Shown here one piece after another: positions 1 through 10,193 of a stretch of DNA of 64,000 bases. Under the pieces are notes generated by a model. The model was given only the letters and a program-made list of their open reading frames with translations. It searched no databases and was not told the origin of the DNA. Within the stretch, counting starts at the first letter, position 1; every line of letters begins with the position of its first letter. A program made the position numbers and the translations under genes. The stretch is from Veleropilina oligotropha (lineage: Eukaryota), in assembly GCA_048128005.1 (NCBI GenBank), contig JBEUKZ010000114.1:62001-126000 (forward strand). The letters are read 5' to 3'.

Positions 1-418
1 CGGATATGGTGTTTCCAGGTACTCGGAAATCCCACTTCAAGCTGCTGTAGCTGTCACCGGAAGCTAGATGCCGCATTGTCACAGCAAACTTGAGTCCGGC
101 ATCAAGGGCTTTTCTCAACCAAGTGTCTTCTTTGGTGATCCTTGGTCTTATCCTCTCCAGGACTTCATCGTACAGTGCTGGAGTCGGTCTCATGAAGTTC
201 TGGAATCCTTCCGGGTGTTCTGCTCTGAGCTCATTCATCAAGGTATCATACTGCCCAAACTGCTGTCTTCTCTGCACCCAAGGTTTCACCCAGTGTCTCG
301 TCCTCCTTTGCCGTCTATTTCTTCTCACATATAATTGCGCTAGCAGAAGGTCGTCTTGTGCTTGCTCAGCATCAAGTATTGCAGCCATCTGCACAATACG
401 AAGCCTACGAGCATTCAT
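1..418 (-). CDS. PIF/Harbinger transposase, N-terminal part (runs off the window edge; not in the ORF track)
   Basis: Manual translation from ATG 418: MNARRLRIVQ...RHWVKPWVQRRQQFGQYDTLMNELRAEHPEGFQNFMR...ITKEDTWLRKALDAGLKFAVTMRHLASGDSYSSLKWDFRVPGNTIS. This is a typical Harbinger transposase N-terminal/HTH region. Confidence 0.85.
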   Translation of the reverse strand, partial: MNARRLRIVQMAAILDAEQAQDDLLLAQLYVRRNRRQRRTRHWVKPWVQRRQQFGQYDTLMNELRAEHPEGFQNFMRPTPALYDEVLERIRPRITKEDTWLRKALDAGLKFAVTMRHLASGDSYSSLKWDFRVPGNTIS

Positions 419-1700
419 GTTGACTGCTCAAATGACTACGGCTGAATGACGCACACATACTGAGTAGCCTAATTATACTAAAAGTGAGCAGGATGTGTCG
501 TCTTGGCAACCGTTTATTTATTGGTATTGCGGTGTTTTTGAAGCTAACTTGAGTATAACGTCAATAGTACGGATATATCTGTTGTCACTCTTTTACCATC
601 TTCAAGCGGTCTTAAAGCCATCGGCAGTGAGCCGGGGCAGAGTTTAGTCGAACGCATAATAACGTCAGTTGGTCGTCAATACCTCGGGATGCAATCGTCA
701 GTTGCACGTTTTGCTCTTGTGTCGCTTTAATCGGTCTTGAGTGGCACGTCTCGCTCCCATCACTTCCGACCATTAAGTCCACTTTAAGATGATGTAACGA
801 GCGACTCACGACCGTCAAGACCATTTAAGAGCAGTTGACGACGGATTGGCGTCCGCTACCCGACGAAGGTAGATCGGCTGACTCTCACGATTGTTTTCAG
901 CAAGGTAGAATTGTTCGTGAGAGTTAGACGACTTCTCACGTCGTTCACGACACACTGAAGACCACTTAAATCCTATATCAGAGCCTGGCAAGTGCTCCAA
1001 AACCTTTCGCGAGGGACTCGCGATTTTTTCACTTTTCACATCGTCAGGTGATCGTGGAGCAAAATCGGGAATGTGTGACATCCGCATTAACAACCGGCCA
1101 GGTGCGTGCAAGAACGTGTTCATATTATGACTGGAGGAAAGTTGAATCACCCTGCAAAACTCTATCTATCCGGTCAGTTATGGACAAATGTTAATGGTAA
1201 CTGAACAAAGAATGCAATTTCCCACACCGAGGGTGGAACGTACCTCTGTATAGCCCAGTCTCACTGTCACGATATAACTCCCGATTAGTCACGATCTGAA
1301 AAATGTCCTATATATTTACAACCATCTGATTCAAAGCAGAACATGTCTGTAGTATCACGTGGAAACCAGCCCTCTCCGACCAGCTATGGATAACTGATTC
1401 ATAAATGAACAAATCATGCCATGAATCCATTACTGCTCGAGGTCGCGGAATGAAGCCAGTGATATTCAGAGTTTGCAACCGAAACCACACAACTGTCGGA
1501 GCGGTCTACGAAAATGTTTAATTCCATTACCCATGGAGACCTCTATGGGAACGGTTTTACTATATATATATAAGAAACTGAATGTCAATGTGCAAGTATA
1601 TCGGGAATGTAACGGTATTACACGAAGTAAAATCATTAGCCATACGGAGCAGGAAAAGCTATGAAATGATCGGACGTACGAATTATACAACAGGTGTGGA

Positions 1701-1960
1701 GGAGGAGGAATGATGCTTAATGTCCTGTATATTTACAACATCGAGGTTCAAGGCAGGACATGTCCGTGTTGTTGCGGGAGGAAACCCCGGTCGCCCGGGT
1801 AAACCCGCCCTCTTCGGCCAGTCGCGGACAACAGTGATTCATAACTTGCACAAATGTCAATACCTCAGCCAGGTATTGAACCCACTACTGTTCGCATTAG
1901 CGGAATCAAGCCAGTGAATTTAGAGTGGACACTGTTACCCACTGAGCTGCCGAAGCGGCC
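1701..1960 (-). mobile_element. tRNA-derived SINE with 15-bp TSD
   Basis: Direct repeat TACAACAGGTGTGGA at 1686-1700 and 1961-1975. The minus strand has an A box (GGCAGCTCAGTGG), a B box (GGTTCAATACC) and a (TCC)n tail. A decayed related copy lies near 1305-1480. Confidence 0.8.
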
Positions 1961-2653
1961 TACAACAGGTGTGGAACGCACATAAAGTATGTCGTCAATT
2001 ATGGCCCACAAAAAATGATTTGAGGTAGAGGGAGCTTGATTATTGGTACGCAATTGTTATATCATCAGAAAGCTCCACACCAATATATATTTCTATTTCA
2101 TTATTTCGATTAACAGGTACTACAAATTTGTTTTCAGATAACTTTTAAAAATATTATTATGAGCTGTCCTGGACGAATATATATTGGATGCATTAAATGA
2201 TAACAATTATCCATTATTTTAATTTCCATGCACCTGGAATCATATGCCGATTAAACGATACTAGTAGGTTTGTACTCACCAATGGGATATTCCTGATTAC
2301 GAACGCACTAACAGACTTCAGTTGTGCACTGAGTGCCAGCCTATAAATTAGATATATACTCTCTAGAAGCGTGAAAATGATATATCAGCCCCAATAACTG
2401 AGACAGGTCAATATGGAATGAGCTCATACCGCGAGCTATATGGACAGAATGATCGACGCCAGTGCAGATCATCGTTTAATATTGTCCCTCTGAGATCGCT
2501 AGCAAACCAAGGCCCACACTACTAATCCCTCGGCGAAGTTCCATTTTCTGTTAATATTACATGTTTAAGACAAATGCACATTATTTAGATAATGCTTACA
2601 TATAACGAAAAATCCGCTATGTGATCGAAACTATGTATAGGTTAACCAACGAG

Positions 2654-2728
2654 GGACTGTGGATTCGTGTAAATAATTCACGCGGGCCGACAGGCCCAAG
2701 TCAATTATTTTGCACGAATCCACAGTCC
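2654..2728. repeat. Short palindromic (hairpin) repeat
   Basis: GGACTGTGGATTCGTG (2654-2669) is the reverse complement of CACGAATCCACAGTCC (2713-2728), with further internal pairing. Confidence 0.7.
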
Positions 2729-3623
2729 TAAGTCGGGTACCTTACTTAATCCATTTTAACATCATTTGTTGTTTTACTTGTTAAACATTAATATATATAT
2801 AAAATCGCCCATTTAAGAAAAATAAGCAACATACTTTGTGCAAAATATGGATTGCTCTCCCAAAATCCCTTCGGACATCATTTCAAATCAAATCAAATTT
2901 ATTTTGCCAAGTAATACAATGTCTGTACATATTATGCATATGACTAATATACAGTATACTATTGTATATGAAATATAATATGTATTAAAGTTTTATAATA
3001 GTATAGTTAAGAAGATATGTACATACATTGATCATGGCTGGGAGATCTTTTGAAACCCAAAGTGCTTATTAGCAGACCACCCAGGTTTAGCTGTGTTTAA
3101 TTATTATTAATTATATTTTTAAGAAAATATTGTAAATAAACAAATTTTTTTAAATCAATAATGATGAAATTATTATGTCACTGTAGATAGCCATTTAATA
3201 AAATCTTTTTGTAGTGGGTTATGAATTGTTATAGTGATTGTGAGTTTCTATGGGACAAATCAAGACTATTCCATATACGTGGGCCATGGTATTTCAGTTC
3301 CAATTAAATGGAATCATTTTTATGAATAGACTTTTAATGTGCTTGTTAACTTAGTGCAATTAAACCGGCATGCAAGGTAAATATTTTTGCGTCACGATGA
3401 TGTAGATTTCAAAGCACGCTTCACTTGGCTTTAGCTGTTTGACCAGCGCACACGTGGGATTTACCTCTGTAGAGAGCATCAGGTAAACTGAATAATATTG
3501 CAAATATATATATTGTATTTTAACGACATTTCTGTGATATAATATTTAAATAGCTCTCGGTGTTCGCTTCAAAGTAAAGCAATGGAAAATCGTTCATACG
3601 AACAACAACATTATATGTAGTAT

Positions 3624-3814
3624 AGCAGCAGGGGGGGTGACCATACCTTTTAGAATGGTAAAATAAAGCTCCCAGCACCATTTCAGAACCGAGCTGGTAT
3701 TACTGTGGGGGGCTAGGGAGTTAGGGTGGGGCCCGGGGGCCCGGGGGTGGGGGCTCCCAGCACCTGTTCAGACCCCAGGGTATAGCGTGTATTACAAATG
3801 TTACCGTGTGTACA
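3624..3814 (+). repeat. E1 left terminal inverted repeat
   Basis: Reverse complement of 18464-18647 with a few mismatches and an extra GCCCGGGG-type duplication on the left copy. Confidence 0.95.
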
Positions 3815-4087
3815 GCCAGCGCACTACCCTAGCCGGGCAGGCGTATGTTTGTATCCGTTGTTATAGCCTGGTGTATTCATAGCCTGTGGTTGACCTAGTG
3901 CTCCCGTTATCGAGAAGCCACGTGACGATGACTCCACAAGAATACGGTCCACCACGTAAACAAGGGGACCGATTTATTTTTTCTGTGCTAAACGGAAGTG
4001 TGGGGACCAAAATAATGTGTCGGGACCAACCAGTTTTAACTGGGCTAACGTCGGCGAAGTTCGCAGCTGTCGCATGAAATTTCTGTT

Positions 4088-4455
4088 TGCGATTCGCCTA
4101 ATAATACACGTGACCATGATGTGAAGGTATCCATGGGCACTGTTCGACTAGGCATTCAACGCAAATGTACTGCGAGGTATTTCATTCATAAATCGGACAA
4201 TGGATCGACCTGAAAAATATGCGATTCGCCTAATAATACACATGACCAGGTTGTGAAGGTAACCATGGGCACTGTTCGCATAGGCATTCAACGCAAACAA
4301 TACTTATTGATGCGAGGTATTTCATTCATAAATCGGGCAATGGGTCGACGACAGCGACCTGAAAAATATTTATATAAACAGCTGTGACCTGAAAAACATG
4401 GTAGGTCACAGCTGACCGCGGCAATACACAGTAGCATAGATTTCATGGATTTCAT
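4088..4455 (-). pseudogene. Decayed, tandemly duplicated relic of the secreted Cys-rich gene that is intact in E2
   Basis: Minus strand starts MKSMKSMLLCIAAVS (E2: MKSMLLLCIAAVS) and retains GTTTGCGTTGAATGC (VCVEC). A ~130-bp unit is repeated directly at ~4088-4220 and ~4220-4370. Confidence 0.6.
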
Positions 4456-4544
4456 GGCTTGTCCAGATATCACTGTCCAGTTCTAGCTTTAATACGGGGG
4501 GGGGGGGGGAGGGGGGTAGTCGTGGCTACGCTCAACCTGGATAG

Positions 4545-5177
4545 TTAGTCGCCAGCCCCTATTTTTTTCAGCAGCTCTGCGCGACCCTCTAAACGACCAC
4601 GCTCAATAAGCTCGCTCTGGGTCTGTGAAACCACGGTGTGCGCCTTCCTACTCTTATCACGAATTGATGCCTTCATGGCTTGGTATTTCTCCATCTCCCC
4701 TGTCACCAGTTGGAATTCATCATCAGACATCACCCCGTCCGCTAAGGCCTTTGAGACGTGGTCGGTTATGGTATTCAGCTTGCTGTCGGCCAGGACTCGA
4801 ATCTCGTCATGTTTTTTAGCCTTCACCTGAAGGCGGCGGCTAATGTATTTTCCACCCATGCTGGCGAGCCCACACCCCAATGCCGCTAGTTCCAGCACTA
4901 GGACCACGGGTGCGGCAACGATCGTGGACAGTAGACCAATGCCGGCGCTACCCATACCTAGGGTCGCAACGACCAGGGCCGAGTCGATCCCGTCAACGAC
5001 ATTAACGCCTCGTCGGTACTTTTTATATAATGCAGCCCGTGTGTCCCTCTCTCGTTCCAATTGTCCCTGAAGCTCATTCACTTTCTGTAGTCGAAAAGAC
5101 TGTGCCTCAGGCAGTTCCGAAATCCCATCGCCACCAAGCTGTGGGTACAGCATTGGCGCTGAGGGTGTGTTGTCCAT
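4545..5177 (-). CDS. E1 viral membrane protein (coiled coil plus hydrophobic hairpin) with N-terminal PSAP/LYPxL motifs, 210 aa
   Basis: Intact ORF with a near-identical orthologue at 41368-42009. Central hydrophobic stretch SALVVATLGMG...VVLVLELAALGCGLA. Confidence 0.85.
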   Translation of the reverse strand: MDNTPSAPMLYPQLGGDGISELPEAQSFRLQKVNELQGQLERERDTRAALYKKYRRGVNVVDGIDSALVVATLGMGSAGIGLLSTIVAAPVVLVLELAALGCGLASMGGKYISRRLQVKAKKHDEIRVLADSKLNTITDHVSKALADGVMSDDEFQLVTGEMEKYQAMKASIRDKSRKAHTVVSQTQSELIERGRLEGRAELLKKIGAGD

Positions 5178-5546
5178 CTATACGTGGCTGTATTGTTCCG
5201 CCGGTTGATTCCCCTTGTCTGCCGTAACGTTCAAATACAGAGTGCCGACCCACGGGGCCTTGATGGCAAAGGCGAGGGTCAACCTGTCCGAATTCAGGCC
5301 AAGCTTACTGATGGAACATGCTTTGGGGCCCCCGGCCGGCTGGACCGGCGTCAGGTGGATCATTAGCAGGGCTAGGTTCAACCCAAATCGACCTCCAGTG
5401 TTAGGGATCATGAACTCCCTCCTCGCCAGCCCCTTATTGGGCGCTACCCCACAATTAAGGACAAAGTTCCACCGGGTCGGGGGGGAAGGGGGCTCATCTG
5501 CAAGCAGGGGGTGGGGTAGGGGGAGGGTCCCGTAGATGCTGCTCAT
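5178..5546 (-). CDS. E1 conserved hypothetical viral protein, 122 aa
   Basis: Orthologue at 41024-41371. Start and stop abut both neighbouring genes. Confidence 0.75.
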   Translation of the reverse strand: MSSIYGTLPLPHPLLADEPPSPPTRWNFVLNCGVAPNKGLARREFMIPNTGGRFGLNLALLMIHLTPVQPAGGPKACSISKLGLNSDRLTLAFAIKAPWVGTLYLNVTADKGNQPAEQYSHV

Positions 5547-6283
5547 TATATCGCAAGGACTGCGGTAATGGGCATGCCGTGATTGTTGATCGGGTTACCA
5601 TCTGCGTCTGTGACGTACACCTTCAACTCTGTGATTAGCCCGGCCTGTAGTCGCCGGCCGGCGGGATAGCTATGATAGTGCCCTGCTTCACCGAACATCT
5701 GCGACGTGATAGGGACCACCGCGAGAATAGTGCTCGGGGTGCCGTCCTTCACATTGTGTGTTGTACTGAGCTGCTCCAGGTGAACGTGTAGGGTTGGCGC
5801 TATGGCAAATCCGACAGGCTTATTCCCGTCATAAGTCCCAGGGCGTAGCCACTCGGATCTCTCCGGAGGGGGAGGTGGTTGGCCCTGTACTCCCCGAACC
5901 GGTGGGTTCAGATTCCCTGCTTTATCGAGGATGAACGAAGAGAGGTCTAAGCCGAGGAGCTTCCGGATATCGTCGCTGATCGCGAGTCGAGTCCCCTCTG
6001 GGACTACGACTCGGGCGAGCCCTGTAGCATGGCTTACATCTAGCTGTATGTTAACTAGCGACCTCTTCATCGTCTTGGCGAGGTCATCGAAGCTGTAGAA
6101 ACCTGGTGCCACGTCCACAGTGGTATCGGGGGTCTTAAAGAAGGCTCCGGCATGCACGTTGTGCCAGCCTACCCAATAGTCGAGCGACTGCAAGCTGACA
6201 CATAGCTTGCCGTCCCAGTTATCAATCGGCTCCAGGAGGGCAACCGCGGTCCCCGTTTGAACGTTCGTTAATGTGTGGAACAT
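5546..6283 (-). CDS. E1 minor capsid protein (penton-like, single jelly roll), 245 aa
   Basis: PGFYS..L, DG.PSTILAVVP and ITELKVYVTDADGNPINNHG.PI patterns as seen in Polinton-type minor capsid proteins. Orthologue in E2. Confidence 0.75.
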   Translation of the reverse strand: MFHTLTNVQTGTAVALLEPIDNWDGKLCVSLQSLDYWVGWHNVHAGAFFKTPDTTVDVAPGFYSFDDLAKTMKRSLVNIQLDVSHATGLARVVVPEGTRLAISDDIRKLLGLDLSSFILDKAGNLNPPVRGVQGQPPPPPERSEWLRPGTYDGNKPVGFAIAPTLHVHLEQLSTTHNVKDGTPSTILAVVPITSQMFGEAGHYHSYPAGRRLQAGLITELKVYVTDADGNPINNHGMPITAVLAI

Positions 6284-6287
6284 AGCT

Positions 6288-7549
6288 ATGGCTAAGAGCG
6301 CCTACGTATTCAATAGGAGTGCGGCCTATCCGACCGGTGTGGTGTACCCAGCAAAGATCAAAGATGAGCAGCTTACGAGACCAAGCATCAATGTGGGTAA
6401 TAGCTCAACCACTACATTCGGGGCAACATACCCCGACGTCTTTCAGAAATACCGCCTCCCTCACGTCGCTAGTGACGGGCTGATAAGGGCCTGGCAGACC
6501 ACGCCGATGCGGTTCTGGCAGAACAAAGTCAATTTCGCAGTTTGGTGTGCCACAACAGGTTCCGGTATCTCCTCAGAAGACCACTTGAATGCTACTGCAG
6601 CCCTCTCCAGAGCCGTATTCACCTTCCACGTCTACTATCAGGTCAGAAGGATCTTGACCGAAATTCAGGCGCCGCTGCCACAAGACAGGACGTGGGACGC
6701 ATTCGACACTCCGTATGATCGAAGGGCATATGAGAAGATCTGCAGCGAGTTTGGAGTGTCTCCACATACCGACTGGCGTGTCAAGGGTCCCAATAAAGGG
6801 CTCGGCACTGCCTACAACTACTGGACGAACAACGGATACCACTCCATCGGAAAGGACTACGATCCCACATGGATGTCATTCGCCAAAACGAAGGACCTCC
6901 ATGTGGACTATATAGCACAGGATGCGGGCACTTCGTGGGCTACTTTTATTCTGGACAAGTCGGTGGGATTCACCCAGGCCGGCGTGGAGAGGCTCAATGA
7001 TTCCATCAGGACCTATGTCTGGGCAATTCTTGGAGCGCAGGCTCAGACACGCACAAGTATTCTGGGGAGTGGTACCGCATTCGACGCGCAAAAGCAATTT
7101 CTGTCAAACGTCGAAGACGCCATCTCATCTCCAGTGGACCTCCCAGCAGCAATCCAACGGTACCAGGACGTTTTGCAGTATGCCAGGTCTAAAGTAGACT
7201 TCGTATTCGGCGTCGGCCTTTACATGGCGCCAAGTGACATGCTCTGGCTGGGTATAACAACGAAATCGTCGTTGCCACGGAAGCCCAGACCCTAGGTCTT
7301 AATACTACGGTCAACGCGGCCAATCCTGTTCCACCCAACGCCACTGGGGAGACTGGAGAAACAGGATTGGTCATCCCACAAGACGCCGTCTTACCCGCAG
7401 ATGCGGTCACTCCGAAGCATCCAAGCTCTCTGCCGGCTGTGGCCCCAGTGGGGGCTGTTTCAGCTGGGGCAACCAAACATGATGAGGATAAAACCGCACT
7501 TATCGTGGGCGGCATTGTCGTTGGCCTAGCGTTCATTTGGCTTACGTGA
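6288..7549 (+). pseudogene. E1 ~420-aa protein with Pro/Ala stalk and C-terminal TM anchor; frameshift near 7245
   Basis: ORFs 6273-7295 and 7367-7549 join by comparison with E2, where MLLRIGQVAGYNNK is intact and E1 has a short deletion. Ends TALIVGGIVVGLAFIWLT. Confidence 0.75.
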
Positions 7550-8855
7550 CCCACTGTCTAGCGGCAATAAGAAGCAAGCCCCCAACTGATATGGCCAGTG
7601 CCCATAGGTTTTCAGCGAGCCACGATGCTGTCTTGCCAACCAGGTTGATTAGCCAGGACATCAGGCTTCCAAGTATTCCTGGGAGTGCCGCAGCCGCCTG
7701 CCCCGCTAGCTTACCCAGAATCTGACCCAGGGTCTTCAGCTGCTTTTTTACCCACTCCTTGACCCCCCCTGACCACTGGGAGGTGGTGGTGGCGTTGGCG
7801 GGCTTGTTGCTCCACCTGTCAGGGCTAGTACCAAAGTCGAGATGGCGAGCCCGATAGCGGTGAGTATTGTTGCGATCGTGACCCCTTGCTCGCGGAACAG
7901 GGTCCGGATACGCTCGGCCAGCGTTGTGTCGGTGTTCAGGATCCGATTTAGCATCTCTCGGATCCGGCTGATCTGAGAGCGAAGGGCTTCCCGGCTTGAT
8001 GAGGCTGCCTCTAGGCGAGCTGCTCGTTCATCGTTTAAGTTGCGCAGACGTTCCACGATCCGTCGACGAATAAACTCATCCACACTGCCCTCTTCATCGG
8101 CCCGATCGAGCTTGCTCTTCTCCAGCTCTATGTGTTCGTCCAGCGCCGTTAGTTTGGCCAGGTTGTTAGTGAGCTCGCCTCGAATGGTCTGCATCGCCTT
8201 GTCAAGTCCGCGAAGCTCGCGGAGGTTTAATGGAGGGTCCCCCATTGTGCCTAAGATCTCTTCAACCTCAGCATCTGTGAACGTCGTCTCCATTGTGTGG
8301 ATTGCTACTGATGCCTCGGTAGCTGTCTGCCCCAAGTCCCGCAGTTCTACGTTTTCTACATCGGCGGCCGCACCGCTCAACTCAGTGTCGGCTGCCTGAA
8401 GAGCTGCAACCGCTTTTGAGGCCAGCTTTTTTTCCCCCCCGCGTCCAGTGTACAAAACCCAACCCTTCACGGATTGCATCACCCCCACCAGGCCGGCCAG
8501 CTATTGTTGACAACGCCAAGGGGTTGCCGGTGCGAGAATTTATGAGATTGATGTCGGGGTAGTCCGTCATCACCAATTTCCCCCCCCTCCCTAATTTTCC
8601 CCTCACATACTTGAATTTTGAATAATCTCGCCCCGTGGCTGGGGTCTGCCCCTCCTGTGCCAGGGCTTTGTAGTAGTCGTCAACCACGCCCTGAACGAGC
8701 TCTTGCTGAAGACTGCTGGTTCCTTCCTGTGGCCGTTCCGAAAGAACAGGCATAAACCGGTCGGTGGATCTATCCACATCAATATCGTCGACGATGGTAT
8801 CATCGTTGTCGATGAGATCGTCAGGCTCGAATGCGGGGTTCTCGAATTCCGCCAT
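7542..8855 (-). pseudogene. E1 ~430-aa coiled-coil protein with hydrophobic C-terminal helices; frameshifts at homopolymers near 8430 and 7765
   Basis: MAEFENPAFEP start. Pieces 8382-8855, 7748-8488 and a C-terminal frame ending ...GGLLLIAARQWVT* align with E2 38042-39294. Confidence 0.8.
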
Positions 8856-8891
8856 TTGAATACATCAGTGGGATACGCATCTAATTCCGCC

Positions 8892-10193
8892 ATGACCAGC
8901 ATATACGGACGCAAGCTTAATCCATACCGCAGACTGCGTGAGCCCCTCGCGGTCAAGGGCATCCGCCAGTCGGTCACGATTACAAACAATCCATCAACGA
9001 TTGCCGCCAACCAGCAGCTCCTGGTTCGGTTCCCTAATCTCGGGGCAAATGACGTGATCGTTCCAGGGACTGCCCACCTCGCATTTACCATCTCACTGAA
9101 CTCGGCTAACGCGAACAGGACTGTAGTTCAGAATATCGGCCGTGCCGTGATCAGAAAGACCACGATAAAGATCAGTGGAAACGAGATCATGTCGATTGAC
9201 GACTCCGACGTGTACCACTGCTACTGCGATCTCTGGAAGACCACAGGGGAGCGCAAGAACGCCCAGTACCAGGGGATTGATACCAGCGATGGACACAACA
9301 CTACGAAGCATCGTGTTGGTGCGGCAGACGCCTTCAGACTGTCTGAGGATGTCGCGGTCGCGGCCGCGTACGGTAACCGATTCCGCATCCCTCTGGATTT
9401 CGAGCTGTTGGAAAGTCACATGCCATTCTATCAAAGCGCCCTTGGAGACCGTCTCGAGTATGAGCTAACGTTCAACGACTACTCCCGGACTATCCGGGAT
9501 ACGGACGACTCCGGTTCCAGCTATTCCATCGACAATATATCCCTCGAATATGACATGGTAACCCAATCCGAGCTTGCCAGACGGATTCGAAATCAATACC
9601 AGGGTCAACTCGTCATCCTGTACGACCGTGTTCTCCGGCATCGGAAGCTCACCCTAGACAAGAGCGACTCGTTGTGGAATATGAATGTGAACGTACCGGC
9701 GAGGTCGATGAAAGGAATACTACTGTTGTTCGAGGACCCTGCGAGAGACGCCGCGCCATTCTCTCGCGATACTGAGGCCTTCTATAATCCGAATATCACA
9801 AAGGTCGAGGTCACAATCGAGGGTGTCCCGAATCAAATCTACAGCCAGGGCATGCGAACATACCAGATCTGGGAAGAAGCCAAGAAAATGTTCGCCTCCG
9901 GCAGCAGCAAGCGGCATCCTGAGGTCGCGATGGTCGCAAAGGACTTGGAGATGGCAGACGTCACCCAGGGCGAATTTCTGACTAAGAAATTTGCGCTCTG
10001 GATCGATATGCGGGTAACTGACGACGATCAGTTGCACGGGTCAGGCCGGAGGGTCGAGAACGCCAGCGAAGGCATTACTATTCAGATCACTAAAACAGCC
10101 GAAGCGGCCGATCCACTGAACGTCTACGAGTTCGTGATCATGGACGCACAGCTGAATATCGAGAATGGCCGATTTGTCGAAGCACTGTACTAA
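8892..10193 (+). CDS. E1 major capsid protein (putative double jelly roll), 433 aa
   Basis: Start MTSIYGRKL set by the E2 orthologue (MASIYGHKL). Size, beta-rich composition, IPLDF and YSIDNISLEYD motifs, and position next to the packaging ATPase fit a Polinton-like virus MCP. Confidence 0.8.
   Translation: MTSIYGRKLNPYRRLREPLAVKGIRQSVTITNNPSTIAANQQLLVRFPNLGANDVIVPGTAHLAFTISLNSANANRTVVQNIGRAVIRKTTIKISGNEIMSIDDSDVYHCYCDLWKTTGERKNAQYQGIDTSDGHNTTKHRVGAADAFRLSEDVAVAAAYGNRFRIPLDFELLESHMPFYQSALGDRLEYELTFNDYSRTIRDTDDSGSSYSIDNISLEYDMVTQSELARRIRNQYQGQLVILYDRVLRHRKLTLDKSDSLWNMNVNVPARSMKGILLLFEDPARDAAPFSRDTEAFYNPNITKVEVTIEGVPNQIYSQGMRTYQIWEEAKKMFASGSSKRHPEVAMVAKDLEMADVTQGEFLTKKFALWIDMRVTDDDQLHGSGRRVENASEGITIQITKTAEAADPLNVYEFVIMDAQLNIENGRFVEALY

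Noticed and set aside
8427..8440. GGGGGGGAAAAAAA (minus strand) as a programmed ribosomal frameshift site
   Set aside because: The E2 orthologue reads through this point in frame without the slippery run. A homopolymer indel or assembly error is more likely.
8703..8891. 63-aa N-terminal extension of the MCP in the ORF track
   Set aside because: It begins at a non-ATG codon, is antisense to the neighbouring gene, and is absent from E2.
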